Below, one piece after another: positions 47,101-59,100 of a DNA stretch of 64,000 bases. The stretch is from Thermoanaerobaculia bacterium (GTDB lineage: Bacteria > Acidobacteriota > Thermoanaerobaculia > Multivoradales > Multivoraceae). How positions within the stretch are numbered: the first letter of the stretch is position 1; each line of letters starts with the position of its first letter. The stretch spans positions 2,688,001 through 2,752,000 of the forward strand of contig OY761158.1 of NCBI GenBank assembly GCA_963664405.1, written 5' to 3'. A program made the translations under genes and the position numbers. The notes under the pieces were generated by a model. It saw only the letters and a list, made by a program, of their open reading frames with translations. It was not told the DNA's origin and searched no databases.

Positions 47101-50100
47101 AAAATCAATCCTCCCCTGGGCGCGGACACGACGTTGCGCTGGCCATCATCGGCATCTCCTGCATCTTCCCCGAGGCAGACAGCCTAGAAGGCTATTGGCG
47201 CAACATCCGCAACGGCGTCGACTCCATCACCGACGTTCCTGACACCCACTGGTCACCGCAGGATTTCTTCAACGCAGATCCCAAGGCGCCGGACATGACC
47301 TACGCGTCTCGTGGTGGCTTCCTGCCGGCGGTGGACTTCAATCCACTGGACTTCGGCATCGCGCCGAACGCATTGGAGGCGACCGATACCGCGCAGCTAC
47401 TTGGACTGTACACCGCACGTCGGGCGCTCATCGACGCGGGCTACGGCCCTGGGCGCGACTTCGACAGGAATCGGGTGAGCGTGGTTTTGGGCGTTACAGG
47501 CACCCTGGAGCTGACGATCTCTCTCGGCGCACGCCTAGGACATCCACTCTGGCGACGCGCACTGGCCGAGTCAGGCGTTCACGGTGAGGTAGCAGATGAC
47601 GTTGTTCGTCGCATCGCAGACTCCTATGTCGAATGGCAGGAGGCGTCCTTCCCTGGGCTGCTTGGCAACGTCGTCGCCGGCCGAATCGCCAACCGGCTGG
47701 ACCTTGGAGGCACCAACTGCGTTGTCGACGCGGCCTGCGCCAGCTCGTTGAGTGCGCTCCACCTGGCATCCCTAGAGCTCGCAGACGGGCGTTGCGATAT
47801 GGCCATCACCGGAGGTGTCGACACGCTCAACGACATCTTCATGTACATGTGCTTCTCGAAGACTCCCGCGCTGAGCCCAACAGGCAACGCAAGGCCGTTC
47901 GACCACGAGGGCGATGGGACGATCCTCGGTGAGGGCGTCGGCATGCTCGTACTCAAGCGCCTGGACGATGCGGTCCGCGACGGCGACCGTATCTACGCCG
48001 AGATCATCGGCCTCGGCACCTCGAGCGACGGCAAGGGCAACGCCATCTACGCGCCGAGCCAGTCGGGCCAGGCCAAGGCTCTTCGTCGCGCCTACGAGCG
48101 CGCAAACGCTGCGCCCGACACCGTCGAGCTGGTTGAGGCCCACGGCACCGGTACGGTCGTCGGTGACGCCGTTGAGTCCAAAGCACTCTCAGCCGTCTAT
48201 CGAGAGAGCCGTGCCGAGGGGACGTGGTGCGCGTTGGGCTCAGTCAAGTCCCAGATCGGCCACACCAAAGCCGCCGCTGGGGCGGCGTCATTGATCAAGG
48301 CGGCAATGGCACTGCACCACAAGGTGCTCCCGCCGACGCTGAAGGTGGAGAAACCGCTACCCCAAGTGGCACCAGGCGCCTCACCCTTCTACGTCAACAC
48401 CGACAAGCGCCCCTGGCTCACACCCTTCGGTCATCCGCGCCGCGCCGCCGTCAGCTCCTTCGGTTTCGGCGGCAGCAACTTTCACTGCCTGCTGCAGGAG
48501 CACGTGAGCGGAGAAGGAGCAGACCTCGACGAACCTGATTGGGACGGCGACGTGCAGATCCTCGCCTTCGGCGCGCCAACACAGCATCGCCTCAAAGAGT
48601 GGTTGCTCAAACTGGGCCAGACGGCGAGCTGGGAGGCCGTGCGCGAGCTCGCCAAGGCCTCCCGCGAGGCCTTCCGTCAGGACGACACCGAGCGCCTCCT
48701 CCTCGTCGTAGAGAGGGGGCAGGGGGCTCCGGCGGACCTGGCGACACGAGCCGAGAGCCTACTCGAGGCCCACACGGAGGCAACGTGGTCGACTCCTGAC
48801 GGTATCTACTACGGACGGGGCCGGCCCGCCGGCGACCTCGCATTCCTCTTTCCGGGGCAAGGCTCCCAATACGTTGGCATGCTGCGCGATCTGGCGTGCC
48901 AGTTCCCCTCGATCAGCTCGTCACTCGAGCTCGCCGACGCCGCTGAGCCGGATAACCGTCTGAGCGACCGCATCTATCCGCATCCTGCCTTCGACGACGA
49001 AGCGCTTCAGCTCCAGGAAAATCTTCTGCGCGACACCCGTTACGCTCAGCCGGCGATCGGAGCCGTGAGTCTGGGCGCCGACAGGCTGTTGCGCTCATTC
49101 GGCGTTGCGCCCGCTGCCACGGCCGGCCACAGTTTCGGCGAGCTCACCGCTCTGTGCACCGCGGGACGCCTGTCCACTGAGGACTTCACCGAGCTCTCGC
49201 GGCTGCGTGGTCGCCTCATGGGCGAGGAGGACGGCGGAAGAGGTGCCATGCTCGCCGTCCGCGCAGGCGTCATGGAGGTCGACAAGATCATCGCCGCAGA
49301 ATCACTCGAGCTCGTCGTGGCAAACCGCAACGCGCCAACCCAGATTGTCCTCTCCGGCGGTACCGCCGAGATCGAACGAGCCGCGGGGATTCTCCGTCTT
49401 CGCCAGATCGACGCCACGCGCCTTCCTGTCTCGGCCGCCTTTCACTCCCCCCTTGTCGCCGCCGCCGCGGGGCCGCTCGCCGCCGCCTTGGAGGAGATCC
49501 AACTGGGCGAGGGCACGGTGCCGGTCTACGCGAACAGCAGCGCCATGCCCTATCCTACCGACGAGCGAGAAGCCAAGGCGCTCCTCGCCGGCCAGCTAGC
49601 CAGCCCTGTTCTCTTCGACGAGCTGATCCGGCGGATGCACAGCGACGGAGTCAGGACTTTCGTTGAGACCGGCCCCCACGCACGCCTCAGCGGACTCGTC
49701 GCTTCCATTCTTGATGGCGAGCCGCATCACGCTTTTGCTCTGGACGCAAGCCATGGGTCGCGCTCGGGAATTCGAGAGCTCGCTCGCGTCCTGGCCCGGA
49801 TCGGCTCGCTCGGCCACGACGTAGCACTGCAACCCTGGGACGCTGCCTTCCGTCCAACTCCCGCGCTGGCTTCAGCCGGACGCGAGGAGCTTAGCTACCG
49901 GGTGGGGGGCGCAAACATCCGGACTCGCAAGAGGAAACCGATGCAAAACGACGAAATCAAGCCAGCACACCTGCCTCCTAGCCCGCGGCGCGCGCCTGCA
50001 GCGGCACCGGAGACGCGGAGCCTTCAAGCGCCACCCTCCCCGACAACCCCCGTTGCCGCTTCTGTGGCAGAAGCCCTACGAATCACCCAGGAGAACATGA

Positions 50101-53100
50101 TCGCTCTCCAACGCCTGCAACAGCAGACGGCCCTGCTGCACCAGCAGTTTCTCGAGGGGCAGAACGCCTCGCAGCAGCATTACAACACGCTGCTCCAGCA
50201 GCAACAGCGCTTTGTCGAGATGTCCCTTGGTCTGCCGATCGGACCGGCACTCCTCGCCGACCCCATGACGAAGCCGACGCGGCCCATACAGGCTCCCGAA
50301 CACCCCGCCGCTACCGTGGCGCCTGCCCCGCTCACCGACGCGATCAGCGAAGCTCCCGCCCAGGCCGAGACGCCGTCAACAACGGCGGTGACGCCGGAGC
50401 CGACGCCCGCCCCCGCGCCAGTGCCGGTCGCCACGGTCGACGTAGCGAAGATCCTGCTTGACATCGTCGCCGAAAAGACAGGCTACCCTGCCGAGGTGCT
50501 CGAGCTCAGCATGGAGCTCGACGCAGACCTTGGCATCGACTCGATCAAGCGGGTTGAGATCCTGTCCGCGCTTCAGGACGAGCTGCCAGACGCGCCCGAA
50601 GTCGCCCCGGACCAGCTCGGCACTCTTGACACCCTCCAGGCACTCCTCGATCTCGTCCCGCAAGACACGGACCTGCCGGCCCCGCGGATCGCCGCCGAAC
50701 CAACTCCGGCGGTTGCGGTGGCGGCTGAAGCGCCCCCGAAGGTGCAGACCCAACGGCCACTGCAGCGCTACGCATTACAATCGCGCGACTTAGGCGCCGC
50801 TCTCGGCGAGGACGCGCCGAGGCCAAAGTCGGCAGCGGCGATCTGGATCACTGACGGCGACGCGGAGCTGGCCTGCGAAATCTCCGCGCTGCTGAGCACC
50901 GAGGGCTACGAGCCACGGGTGGTCTCGGCGGAGTCGCTGAACGGGGCCGTAGAGGAGCCCGTTGCGGGTCTCGTCATCCTTCCTCCGCGCCAGGGCACTA
51001 GTGACGCCGACCTCCTGGGCGTGCTACAGGTCGTACAGGCGGCGGGAAGCGGCCTGCGCGCCACCGGCCGTGATGGCGGTGCATTCCTCGTCAGCGCATC
51101 TCGTCTCGATGGGGCCTTTGGTACCACCGGAGACGATATCGCGGACCCCGTTTCAGGCGGCTTCGCCGGTCTCACCAAGTCGGCTGCCCATGAGTGGCCC
51201 GAGGTGCGGTGCCTGGCACTCGACCTGGCACCTGACCTTAGCGATGCCGACGCTGCCAGCGCCATCGTGGCCGAAATCTTCCGCGTCGGCCCGCCAGAAG
51301 TGGGTTTGAGCGCTGCAGGCCGAACCGGCTTGGAGCTGGTTAGCCGAGAGCTTTCCTCCTCCAATGGCACTCTGCCCCTGCTCGAGGGCGAGGTCGCGGT
51401 GCTGAGCGGTGGCGCAAGGGGTGTAACCGCGGAGGTCGCGCTTGCCCTAGCAAGGTCGTGCCGGCCTACTCTGGTCCTCCTCGGTCGGAGCCCGGCGCCG
51501 GAAAGCGAGCCCGAGTGGCTCGCCGCCCTGGTCACCGAGGCCGAGATCAAGCAGGGCCTCCTCGCCGGCGGTGAGGCGTCCTCGCCCCGCCAGGCCGGCG
51601 AGATCTATGACCGCATCCGTGCAGCGAGAGAGATCCGCAGCAACCTCGAGCGCATGAGCGAGGCGGGGGCGACAGTACGCTATCTATCGGTTGACGTGCG
51701 CGACGCTGCTGGCTTGAGTGACACGCTCTCCTCGATCGCGGCAGAGTACGGCCCCGTCCGCGTGCTGGTGCACGGAGCCGGCGTACTCGAAGACAAGCTC
51801 ATCCTCGAGAAAACCAGCGAGAGCTTCCAGAAGGTCTACGCGCCAAAAGTTGCGGGCCTGCGCAACCTGCTGGAAGCCATCGATCGCGACGCCCTGCGCG
51901 CCCTCGTCCTCTTCAGCTCTTCAACGGCGCGCTACGGCCGCGCAGGCCAGGTGGACTACGCGATCGCCAACGAGGTGCTCAACAAGCTCGCCAAACACGA
52001 GGCCCTGCGGCTTCCTGGTTGCAAGGTCATGAGCCTCAACTGGGGTCCGTGGGAAGGCGGCATGGTCGATCCGTCGTTGAGGACAGTCTTCGCAAACGAA
52101 GGCGTGCCTCTCATCCCTCTCGCCCAGGGGGCCGACCACCTGCTTCGCGAGCTCGCCAGCGACGAGACCGCCGTTGAGCGCCTGGTCCTTGGCCCGGCGT
52201 TGGCAGGTGCCCCGAATCTCACCCATTCGCAAGAGCTCACGAAGTCCGCGGGGAAGGAGCCAGGCGTGTCGTCGACCCTGCCACTGGTAGCGGAAGAGCA
52301 GATCGACGTAGCGAGCTGCCCGTTCCTGCGCTCCCACGTGCTCGACGGTAAGGCGGTGGTCCCCATGGCAATGCTGCCCGAGTGGCTCGCTCACGGCGCA
52401 CTGCATGGCAACCCAGGTCTTGTCTTCCACGGCTGCGACAGCCTCAGCGTCCTCAAGGGTCTGGTCCTCGACACTGATGGCAGCCTACGGTTGAAGATCC
52501 ACGCCGGAGATGCCCGCAAGGACGACGATGGCTACAGGGTTCAGGTTGAGCTGCGCGCTGCACAGAACGACGGCAGGGAATTCCTGTTTGCTCGCGCCGA
52601 GGTTCTGCTCACAGAGAGCCTTCCATCGGAGCAGCCGCGGCTGGTAGCCCCGCAAGGGCCGGCATACGAGAAGAGCGCGGCGGAGACCTACCGCGATCAT
52701 CTCTTCCACGGCCCGGATCTCCAGGGCATAGAGCGAGTGCATGTCTGTTCCCCTGAAGGTGTCGTCGCCGACGCGTCTGCCGCGCCTCCACCTAAGGACT
52801 GGATGGAGCGGCCCTTCCGGCGGCGCTGGCTCACCGATCCATTGACGCTTGACGTCGGGATCCAGTTGCTCACGTTCTGGACGGGGGTGCACAGCGCCGG
52901 CCCCTCCCTGCCTTGCGCAACGGCGAGCTACCGCCAGTACCAGCCCTTTCCCGAGAGCGGCGCCCGCGTTGTGCTCCGCGTCACCAAGAGCGATAAGACC
53001 CGAGCGTTCGGCGATATCGAGTTTCTCGACGCCGATGGGCACCTAGTTGCGCGCTTCGAAGGCTGTGAGAACACCATCGACCCGCGCCTGGTGTCTGCGT

Positions 53101-53138
53101 TCCGTAGCAATCGACTTCCACTGGAAGTCAGCTCCTGA
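47097..53138 (+). CDS. pfaA: PfaA-like iterative type I PKS/FAS: KS-AT-ACP(1)-KR-DH
   Basis: DAACASS/EAHGTGT/KSQIGHT (KS); GHSFG (AT); a single LGIDSIKRVEIL (ACP); SGGARGVT...YAIAN (KR); HVLDGKAVVP and LFHGP (DH). Confidence 0.93.
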   Translation: MKNQSSPGRGHDVALAIIGISCIFPEADSLEGYWRNIRNGVDSITDVPDTHWSPQDFFNADPKAPDMTYASRGGFLPAVDFNPLDFGIAPNALEATDTAQLLGLYTARRALIDAGYGPGRDFDRNRVSVVLGVTGTLELTISLGARLGHPLWRRALAESGVHGEVADDVVRRIADSYVEWQEASFPGLLGNVVAGRIANRLDLGGTNCVVDAACASSLSALHLASLELADGRCDMAITGGVDTLNDIFMYMCFSKTPALSPTGNARPFDHEGDGTILGEGVGMLVLKRLDDAVRDGDRIYAEIIGLGTSSDGKGNAIYAPSQSGQAKALRRAYERANAAPDTVELVEAHGTGTVVGDAVESKALSAVYRESRAEGTWCALGSVKSQIGHTKAAAGAASLIKAAMALHHKVLPPTLKVEKPLPQVAPGASPFYVNTDKRPWLTPFGHPRRAAVSSFGFGGSNFHCLLQEHVSGEGADLDEPDWDGDVQILAFGAPTQHRLKEWLLKLGQTASWEAVRELAKASREAFRQDDTERLLLVVERGQGAPADLATRAESLLEAHTEATWSTPDGIYYGRGRPAGDLAFLFPGQGSQYVGMLRDLACQFPSISSSLELADAAEPDNRLSDRIYPHPAFDDEALQLQENLLRDTRYAQPAIGAVSLGADRLLRSFGVAPAATAGHSFGELTALCTAGRLSTEDFTELSRLRGRLMGEEDGGRGAMLAVRAGVMEVDKIIAAESLELVVANRNAPTQIVLSGGTAEIERAAGILRLRQIDATRLPVSAAFHSPLVAAAAGPLAAALEEIQLGEGTVPVYANSSAMPYPTDEREAKALLAGQLASPVLFDELIRRMHSDGVRTFVETGPHARLSGLVASILDGEPHHAFALDASHGSRSGIRELARVLARIGSLGHDVALQPWDAAFRPTPALASAGREELSYRVGGANIRTRKRKPMQNDEIKPAHLPPSPRRAPAAAPETRSLQAPPSPTTPVAASVAEALRITQENMIALQRLQQQTALLHQQFLEGQNASQQHYNTLLQQQQRFVEMSLGLPIGPALLADPMTKPTRPIQAPEHPAATVAPAPLTDAISEAPAQAETPSTTAVTPEPTPAPAPVPVATVDVAKILLDIVAEKTGYPAEVLELSMELDADLGIDSIKRVEILSALQDELPDAPEVAPDQLGTLDTLQALLDLVPQDTDLPAPRIAAEPTPAVAVAAEAPPKVQTQRPLQRYALQSRDLGAALGEDAPRPKSAAAIWITDGDAELACEISALLSTEGYEPRVVSAESLNGAVEEPVAGLVILPPRQGTSDADLLGVLQVVQAAGSGLRATGRDGGAFLVSASRLDGAFGTTGDDIADPVSGGFAGLTKSAAHEWPEVRCLALDLAPDLSDADAASAIVAEIFRVGPPEVGLSAAGRTGLELVSRELSSSNGTLPLLEGEVAVLSGGARGVTAEVALALARSCRPTLVLLGRSPAPESEPEWLAALVTEAEIKQGLLAGGEASSPRQAGEIYDRIRAAREIRSNLERMSEAGATVRYLSVDVRDAAGLSDTLSSIAAEYGPVRVLVHGAGVLEDKLILEKTSESFQKVYAPKVAGLRNLLEAIDRDALRALVLFSSSTARYGRAGQVDYAIANEVLNKLAKHEALRLPGCKVMSLNWGPWEGGMVDPSLRTVFANEGVPLIPLAQGADHLLRELASDETAVERLVLGPALAGAPNLTHSQELTKSAGKEPGVSSTLPLVAEEQIDVASCPFLRSHVLDGKAVVPMAMLPEWLAHGALHGNPGLVFHGCDSLSVLKGLVLDTDGSLRLKIHAGDARKDDDGYRVQVELRAAQNDGREFLFARAEVLLTESLPSEQPRLVAPQGPAYEKSAAETYRDHLFHGPDLQGIERVHVCSPEGVVADASAAPPPKDWMERPFRRRWLTDPLTLDVGIQLLTFWTGVHSAGPSLPCATASYRQYQPFPESGARVVLRVTKSDKTRAFGDIEFLDADGHLVARFEGCENTIDPRLVSAFRSNRLPLEVSS

Positions 53139-53151
53139 TCGGGAGCCGTGC

Positions 53152-56100
53152 GTGAGTGAACGCCTCGCCATAGCCATCGTCGGCTTCGGGGGGGTCTTCC
53201 CCGGCGCCCGGAGCCTGAGGGAGCTCTGGGGAGCCATCGAACGTGGAGAAGATGCCGCCGCCGAGGTTCCAGTCGGGCGTTGGCACCTCGACCCTGACCA
53301 GGCGTATTCGCCTGAGATCGCTGCCGCGGACAGGGTCTACACCCGGCGAGCATGTCTGCTTGAAGACTTCGAGCTCGAGACTGAGAACCTCGCCATCGAC
53401 GCCCACTTCCTTGACCGGCTGGATCCCATGTTCCGGGTCGCGTTGCGCGCTGCGCAGATGGCCGTTGAGGACGCCGGCCCCGAGGCCATCGGGGCTGACC
53501 GCACCGGCGTTATCTTCGGCAATATCGTACTGCCTACGGACGCCGCCTCGGCCATGGCGCTGGCGACCCTTGGAAGGAGCTTCGCGGAGCGCCTTGGAGA
53601 GATTGGCCCGGAGCCGGAAGCCACGGAGCCGTTCAACCGATACGTCGCAGGGTACCCAGCTGGTCTGGTCGCCCACGCCCTGAACCTGCGCGGCGGCAGC
53701 TACACACTGGACGCGGCTTGTGCCTCTTCTCTCTACGCCCTGAAGCTCGCGTGTACCGAGCTGGTGTCGGGCCGGGCGGACGCCATGCTGGCCGGTGGCT
53801 TGTCGCGGCCATCGGCCCTCTACACCCAGATGGGCTTCAGCCAATTGCGGGCTCTTTCTCCGAGCGGCAGGTGTGCTCCCTTCGACCGACGTGCTGACGG
53901 CCTCGTCGTCGGCGAAGGCGCCGGGCTCTTCCTGCTCAAGCGCCTGGCTGACGCGGAGCGCGACGGGCACCGGATCCACGCCGTCATCCGTGGCATCGGC
54001 TTGAGCAACGACGTTGGCGGCAGCCTTCTCGCACCGGACCGCGAGGGCCAGCTCCGCTCCATGCGCGCCGCCTACGAGCAGGCCGGCTGGGCACCCAACG
54101 ATGTCGACCTCATCGAGTGCCACGGCACAGGCACTCCCGCCGGCGACAAGGTGGAGCTCGAGAGCATGCACCAGCTCTGGGGCGACGCGTCTCCCCGAAA
54201 GCGCCATTGCATCATAGGGTCGGTTAAATCAAACGTCGGCCATCTCCTGACCGGAGCTGGCGCGGCTGGGCTGGCGAAGGTCCTACTCGCCCTCGAGGCC
54301 GAGGCCCTGCCACCGACCGCCAACTTCGAGGCACCGCTCGACCCGCGCCTGCGCTCCGGCCCATTCCGCGTCCTTTCCAAGGCTGAGCCATGGACCCGAC
54401 GCTCCGACGGCGCTCCGCGACGTGCCGCCATCAGCGCCTTCGGCTTCGGCGGGATTAACGCCCACTTGCTCCTCGAGGAGTGGCGCTCTAGGTCGCGAGT
54501 GGCCGCCAGCGCGCCACCGCCTCGTCGCGGTGAGGACATCGCCATCGTTGGCATGGACGCGCACTTCGGCCCCTGGGAGGGCCTGCGCGCATTCCAGGAG
54601 CGGGTCCTTGGCGGCGAACCGGAGCTGCAGCCGGAGGCGCCGACGCGATGGTGGGGTGCTACTGAGTGTGACTGGTTCGAAGGCCTCGGGCTTCACGCGA
54701 ACGACTTTCCCGGTCACTACATCAAGGAACTGGAGGTTCCCCAGGGTCGCTTCCGCATCCCTCCAAAGGAGTTGGAGGAGATGCTCCCACAGCAGCTCCT
54801 GATGCTCAACGTGATGGCCAACGCGCTGGAGGACGCGCGTTTCGAGGACGATGAGCGCCTGCGCTCTGGTGTCTTCATCGGGATAGCACTCGACCTCAAC
54901 GCCACCAACTTCCACTTTCGTTGGTCGGTAAGAGAAGGCGTCCGCGCCAACACTGTGCCGCCACTCACCGCCAACCGCACTATGGGCGCACTAGGCGGCA
55001 TCGTCGCCAGCCGCATCGCGCGTGAGTTCCGCATCGGCGGGCCAAGCCACACCATCTCCAGCGAGGAAACCTCAGGCATGCGGGCGCTCGAGGTCGGTAT
55101 CCGGGCGCTGCAAGAGGGTGAGCTTGACAGCTGCCTCGTGGGAGCCGTCGACCTCGCCGGCGACGTGCGCGCCGTACTCGCCACCCACGCGGTCCGCCGC
55201 TACTCCGCAAGCGGGCGGGCTAGGCCCTTCGATGCCGGCGCCGACGGCACCGTAGTTGGCGAGGGAGCCGCAGCCCTCGTTCTCAAGCGTCTCGCGGACG
55301 CAGAGCGTGACGGCGACAGGGTCTACGCCGTGATCCGCGGCTTTGGCGGTGCCTCCGGCAGGGCCGCCCAGCGACCGATGCCAACCGCAGACGGGTATAG
55401 ACGTGCTCTTACGCGTGCTTATGAGGAGGCGGATCTCGATCCGTCGCTGGTCGGATACGTCGAGACCCACGGCAGCGGAGACCCCGTCGAGGACCGCATC
55501 GAGACCGAGGCGCTGTGCTCGTTTTTCGCACCGCGCCACCGTGCCCCCGTACGCCACCTCGGCGGCGTGAAGGCAGACGTTGGCCACGCAGGTGCCGCGG
55601 CGGCCCTGGCCTCTGTTGTCAAGACAGCCCTCTGCCTCTACCAAGAGGTGCTGCCCAGCGTACGCGGGCTGCGCACGGTACGTGCTGACCTCTCACCGAG
55701 AGACTTTCTGCTTGCAAGAGAGCCCCAGTACTGGCTACGAAATCGAGCAGACGGCCCGCGCCGCGCCGGCGTCAGTGCTCTCGGCGTTGATGGCGGCTGC
55801 TGCCACGTGGTGCTCGAGGAGCACGAGGAGAGCAAGGGCGCTGCCACCCTCGCACACCGGCGCCAACCCCTTGGCGCGCGCAGTGAAGCTCTCTTCGCCG
55901 TTGAAGGGGACGACGTCGGGCAGCTGGAAGCCCGTCTGGTCGCACTCGCCACTCACGCGCACGAGGCCGAGCCCATCGAGCTCCTGGCTCACGACTGGTT
56001 CCGCAAGATAGGTCAGCGACCCGACGCCAAGCTCGGCCTGGCTCTGGTAGCGCGATCTCGGGAAGAACTGCTCCGACTCGTGGAATCGGCCGGCGCAATG

Positions 56101-59100
56101 CTCCGTGGAGAGGCTGACGACAGCGCGCTGCCTGAATCGAAACGGATCCTCTGGAACTCCCATCCCCTCGGCCGACGCGGCAGGCTCACCTTCGTCTTCC
56201 CTGGCTCGGGCAATCACTACACCGGGATGGGCCGAGAGCTCGCGGTCGAGTGGCCGGAGATCGCCCGCAGGCAAGACGCAGAGAATCTCTACCTACCCCA
56301 GCAACTCCTGCCCGACCGCTTCTGGAACGCGTCCTCGACCAAGAGTCCGCTGGACGACGACCGCGCATTCATCATCGCGCAGGTGGCGCTGAGTACGCTG
56401 GTCTGCGACCTGGTTCGCTCTTTCGGTGTCGAGCCCGGCAGCGTGCTTGGCTACAGCCTCGGGGAGTCTGCAGCCCTTTTCTCCCTGCGCGCCTGGCGGG
56501 ACCGCGAGCGGATGCTCGCCCGCCTGATGGAGAGCTCGCTGTTCACCGACGACCTCGCGGGGCCACGCGACAGTACTCGCAAGAGCTGGGGCCTGACCGA
56601 GCTCGAGGGGGTGGACTGGGTAACCGGCGTTGTTGACCGCACGGCGGCAGCGGTGCGCGGAGTACTCGACGCCGAAGAGCGTGTCTACCTGTTGATCATC
56701 AACACTCCGGCGGAGTGTGTCATCGGCGGCGACCGCAAACGGGTGGCCGCGGTGGTGGATGCGCTGCACTGCAACTTCCACGCGCTGGAAGGCGTGCCGA
56801 CCGTCCACTGTGCGGTGGCAGAGTCTGTGGCCAAGCAGTACCACGACTTTCACCTCTTCCCGACGACGCCGCCAGCCGGCGTTCGCTTTTACAGCGCCGC
56901 CGCGGGAGACGTCTATGAGGTGACCAGGGAGAGCGCCGCCGACAGTATTCTCGAACAAGCGGTGAGGGGCTTCGACTTCCCGCGCCTGATCGAGCGAGCG
57001 TACGAGAACGGGGTGCGCATCTTCCTCGAGATGGGCCCGGGTTCCTCGTGCACACGCATGATCTCACGCATCCTCGAGGGCCGCCCCCACGTCGCTCAGT
57101 CCGCGCTCAGCGCCCAGAACGGTGATGTCTCTTCTCTGCTGCGCCTCCTCGGTCGGCTGATCGCCGAGCGCGTCCCCGTCGATCTGCAGGCTCTCTACGG
57201 CGTCGAGACTCGAGCTGTCGGCCACCGTAGCGCCGTGCGCGAGGGGTCCTCGGCGCAGCGGATACCTGTTGGAGGCGACCCCTTCCACCTTCGCCGAAGG
57301 GACCCGCAAATGGAGCCGCCGGAGCCCCGCACTGCACCGGCGCCGGCGGCCGTTGGCGAGGCGCCGGCAGCTTTGCTGGCACCAGAGGTCCTGGCTCCCC
57401 CGAGACTCCCCGACGGCGCCTTGACCACCCCAGCTGAGAACACGCTGCTTGAAGGACTGAGCGCCTCGAGCGAGGCTCGTGCCAAGGCGCATGCGGCTTA
57501 CCTTCACACCGCCTACGAGCTCGACCGAGCGCTGCAAGAGACGGCTGCCTACCAATTCCGCCTAACAGAGGAGCTGATGCACGTCGCGACCGCGGGGAGA
57601 ACGGCTACGAGCGAGGCCGGACCCGCTACGGCCCTGGCGCCACCGATGACGGCGCCGATGGCACCGGCGCCGTCTCCCTCCCAAGCGGTCCTGTTCGATC
57701 GCGAAGCGTGCTTGGAGTTCGCCGTCGGCTCGATCGCCAAGGTCCTGGGAGAGTCCTACGCCTCCATCGACGAGCACCCGACCCGAGTTCGTCTGCCCGA
57801 CGAGCCCCTCATGCTCGTTGACCGCATCCTCGCCGTTGAGGGCGAGCCGCACTCGATGACAGGTGGACGGGTTCTCACCGAGCACGATGTCGGGGTGCGC
57901 CCCTGGTACCTCGACTGTGGCGCCATCCCCACCAGCATCGCAGTGGAATCCGGTCAGGCCGACCTCTTCCTTTCCGGCTGGCTCGGCATCGACACCCACA
58001 CGGGCGGCCTGGCCAGGTATCGCCTCTTGGACGCGGTGGTCACGTTCCACGACCATCTCCCGAAGCCGGGCGAGGTCATTCGCTACGACATTCGCATCGA
58101 GCGCTTCTTCCGCCAGGGGGAGACGTGGCTCTTCTACTTCTCGTTCGAGGCGACGGTGGACACCAGGCCGCTTCTCTCCATGCGCGAAGGCTGCGCAGGC
58201 TTCTTTACCGTCGGGGAGCTCGAGGCGGGCCAGGGCATCGTACGAACAACCATCGACGGGCGAGTGCGGCCTGGCGTCCTGCCGAAAGACTGGAAGGCCC
58301 TTGCGCCGATGTCGGCCTGCGAGTCTTACGACGGAGAGCAGATCGCGGCCCTTCGTCGTGGCGACCTCGCGACGTGCTTCGGGCCCGCTTTCGCCGACCT
58401 GCCGATCAACGTGCCCGAGACTCTGCCTTGCGGTCTACTGGAACTAGTGCATCGGGTCAGCCGGCTGGAGCCCGACGGAGGCCGCTTCGGCCTCGGGATG
58501 GTGCGAGGGGAAGCGGACATCCGGCCCAACGACTGGTTCCTCACCTGCCACTTCAGTGACGACATGGTCATGCCAGGAACGCTCATGTACGAGTGCTGCC
58601 TGCACACCCTCCGGGTCTACCTTCTCCGCCTGGGATGGGTAGGAGAAGCCGGCAAGGTCCGCTATGAGCCCGTTCCCGGAGTCCAGAGCCGCCTCAAGTG
58701 CAGGGGCCAGGTCACAGAGAGTACAACGCGCGTCACTTACGAGATCGAGATCAAGGAGCTAGGGTACGGGCCTGAGCCTTTCGCTATCGGCGACGCCCTC
58801 ATGTACGCCGATGGCAAGCCCGTCGTCGAGATCGCAGATATGTCCGTGCGCCTGACCGGCCTCGGCCGCGACGACGTTGAGGTGCTATGGCAAACGCGCG
58901 AAGAGAGTGTGCTCTTCGACCGGGCTTCGATCCTTGCCTTCGCAACCGGAAAGCCGTCGGAGGCCTTCGGTGACCGCTATCGCCCCTTCGACGATGGGCG
59001 GGCCATTGCCCGCCTGCCAGGGCCGCCCTTCGCGTTCATCGACCGAGTGATCGCGACAGCAGGGTCGGCCTTCGAGTTGCAGGCCGGCGCCGCGGCCACG

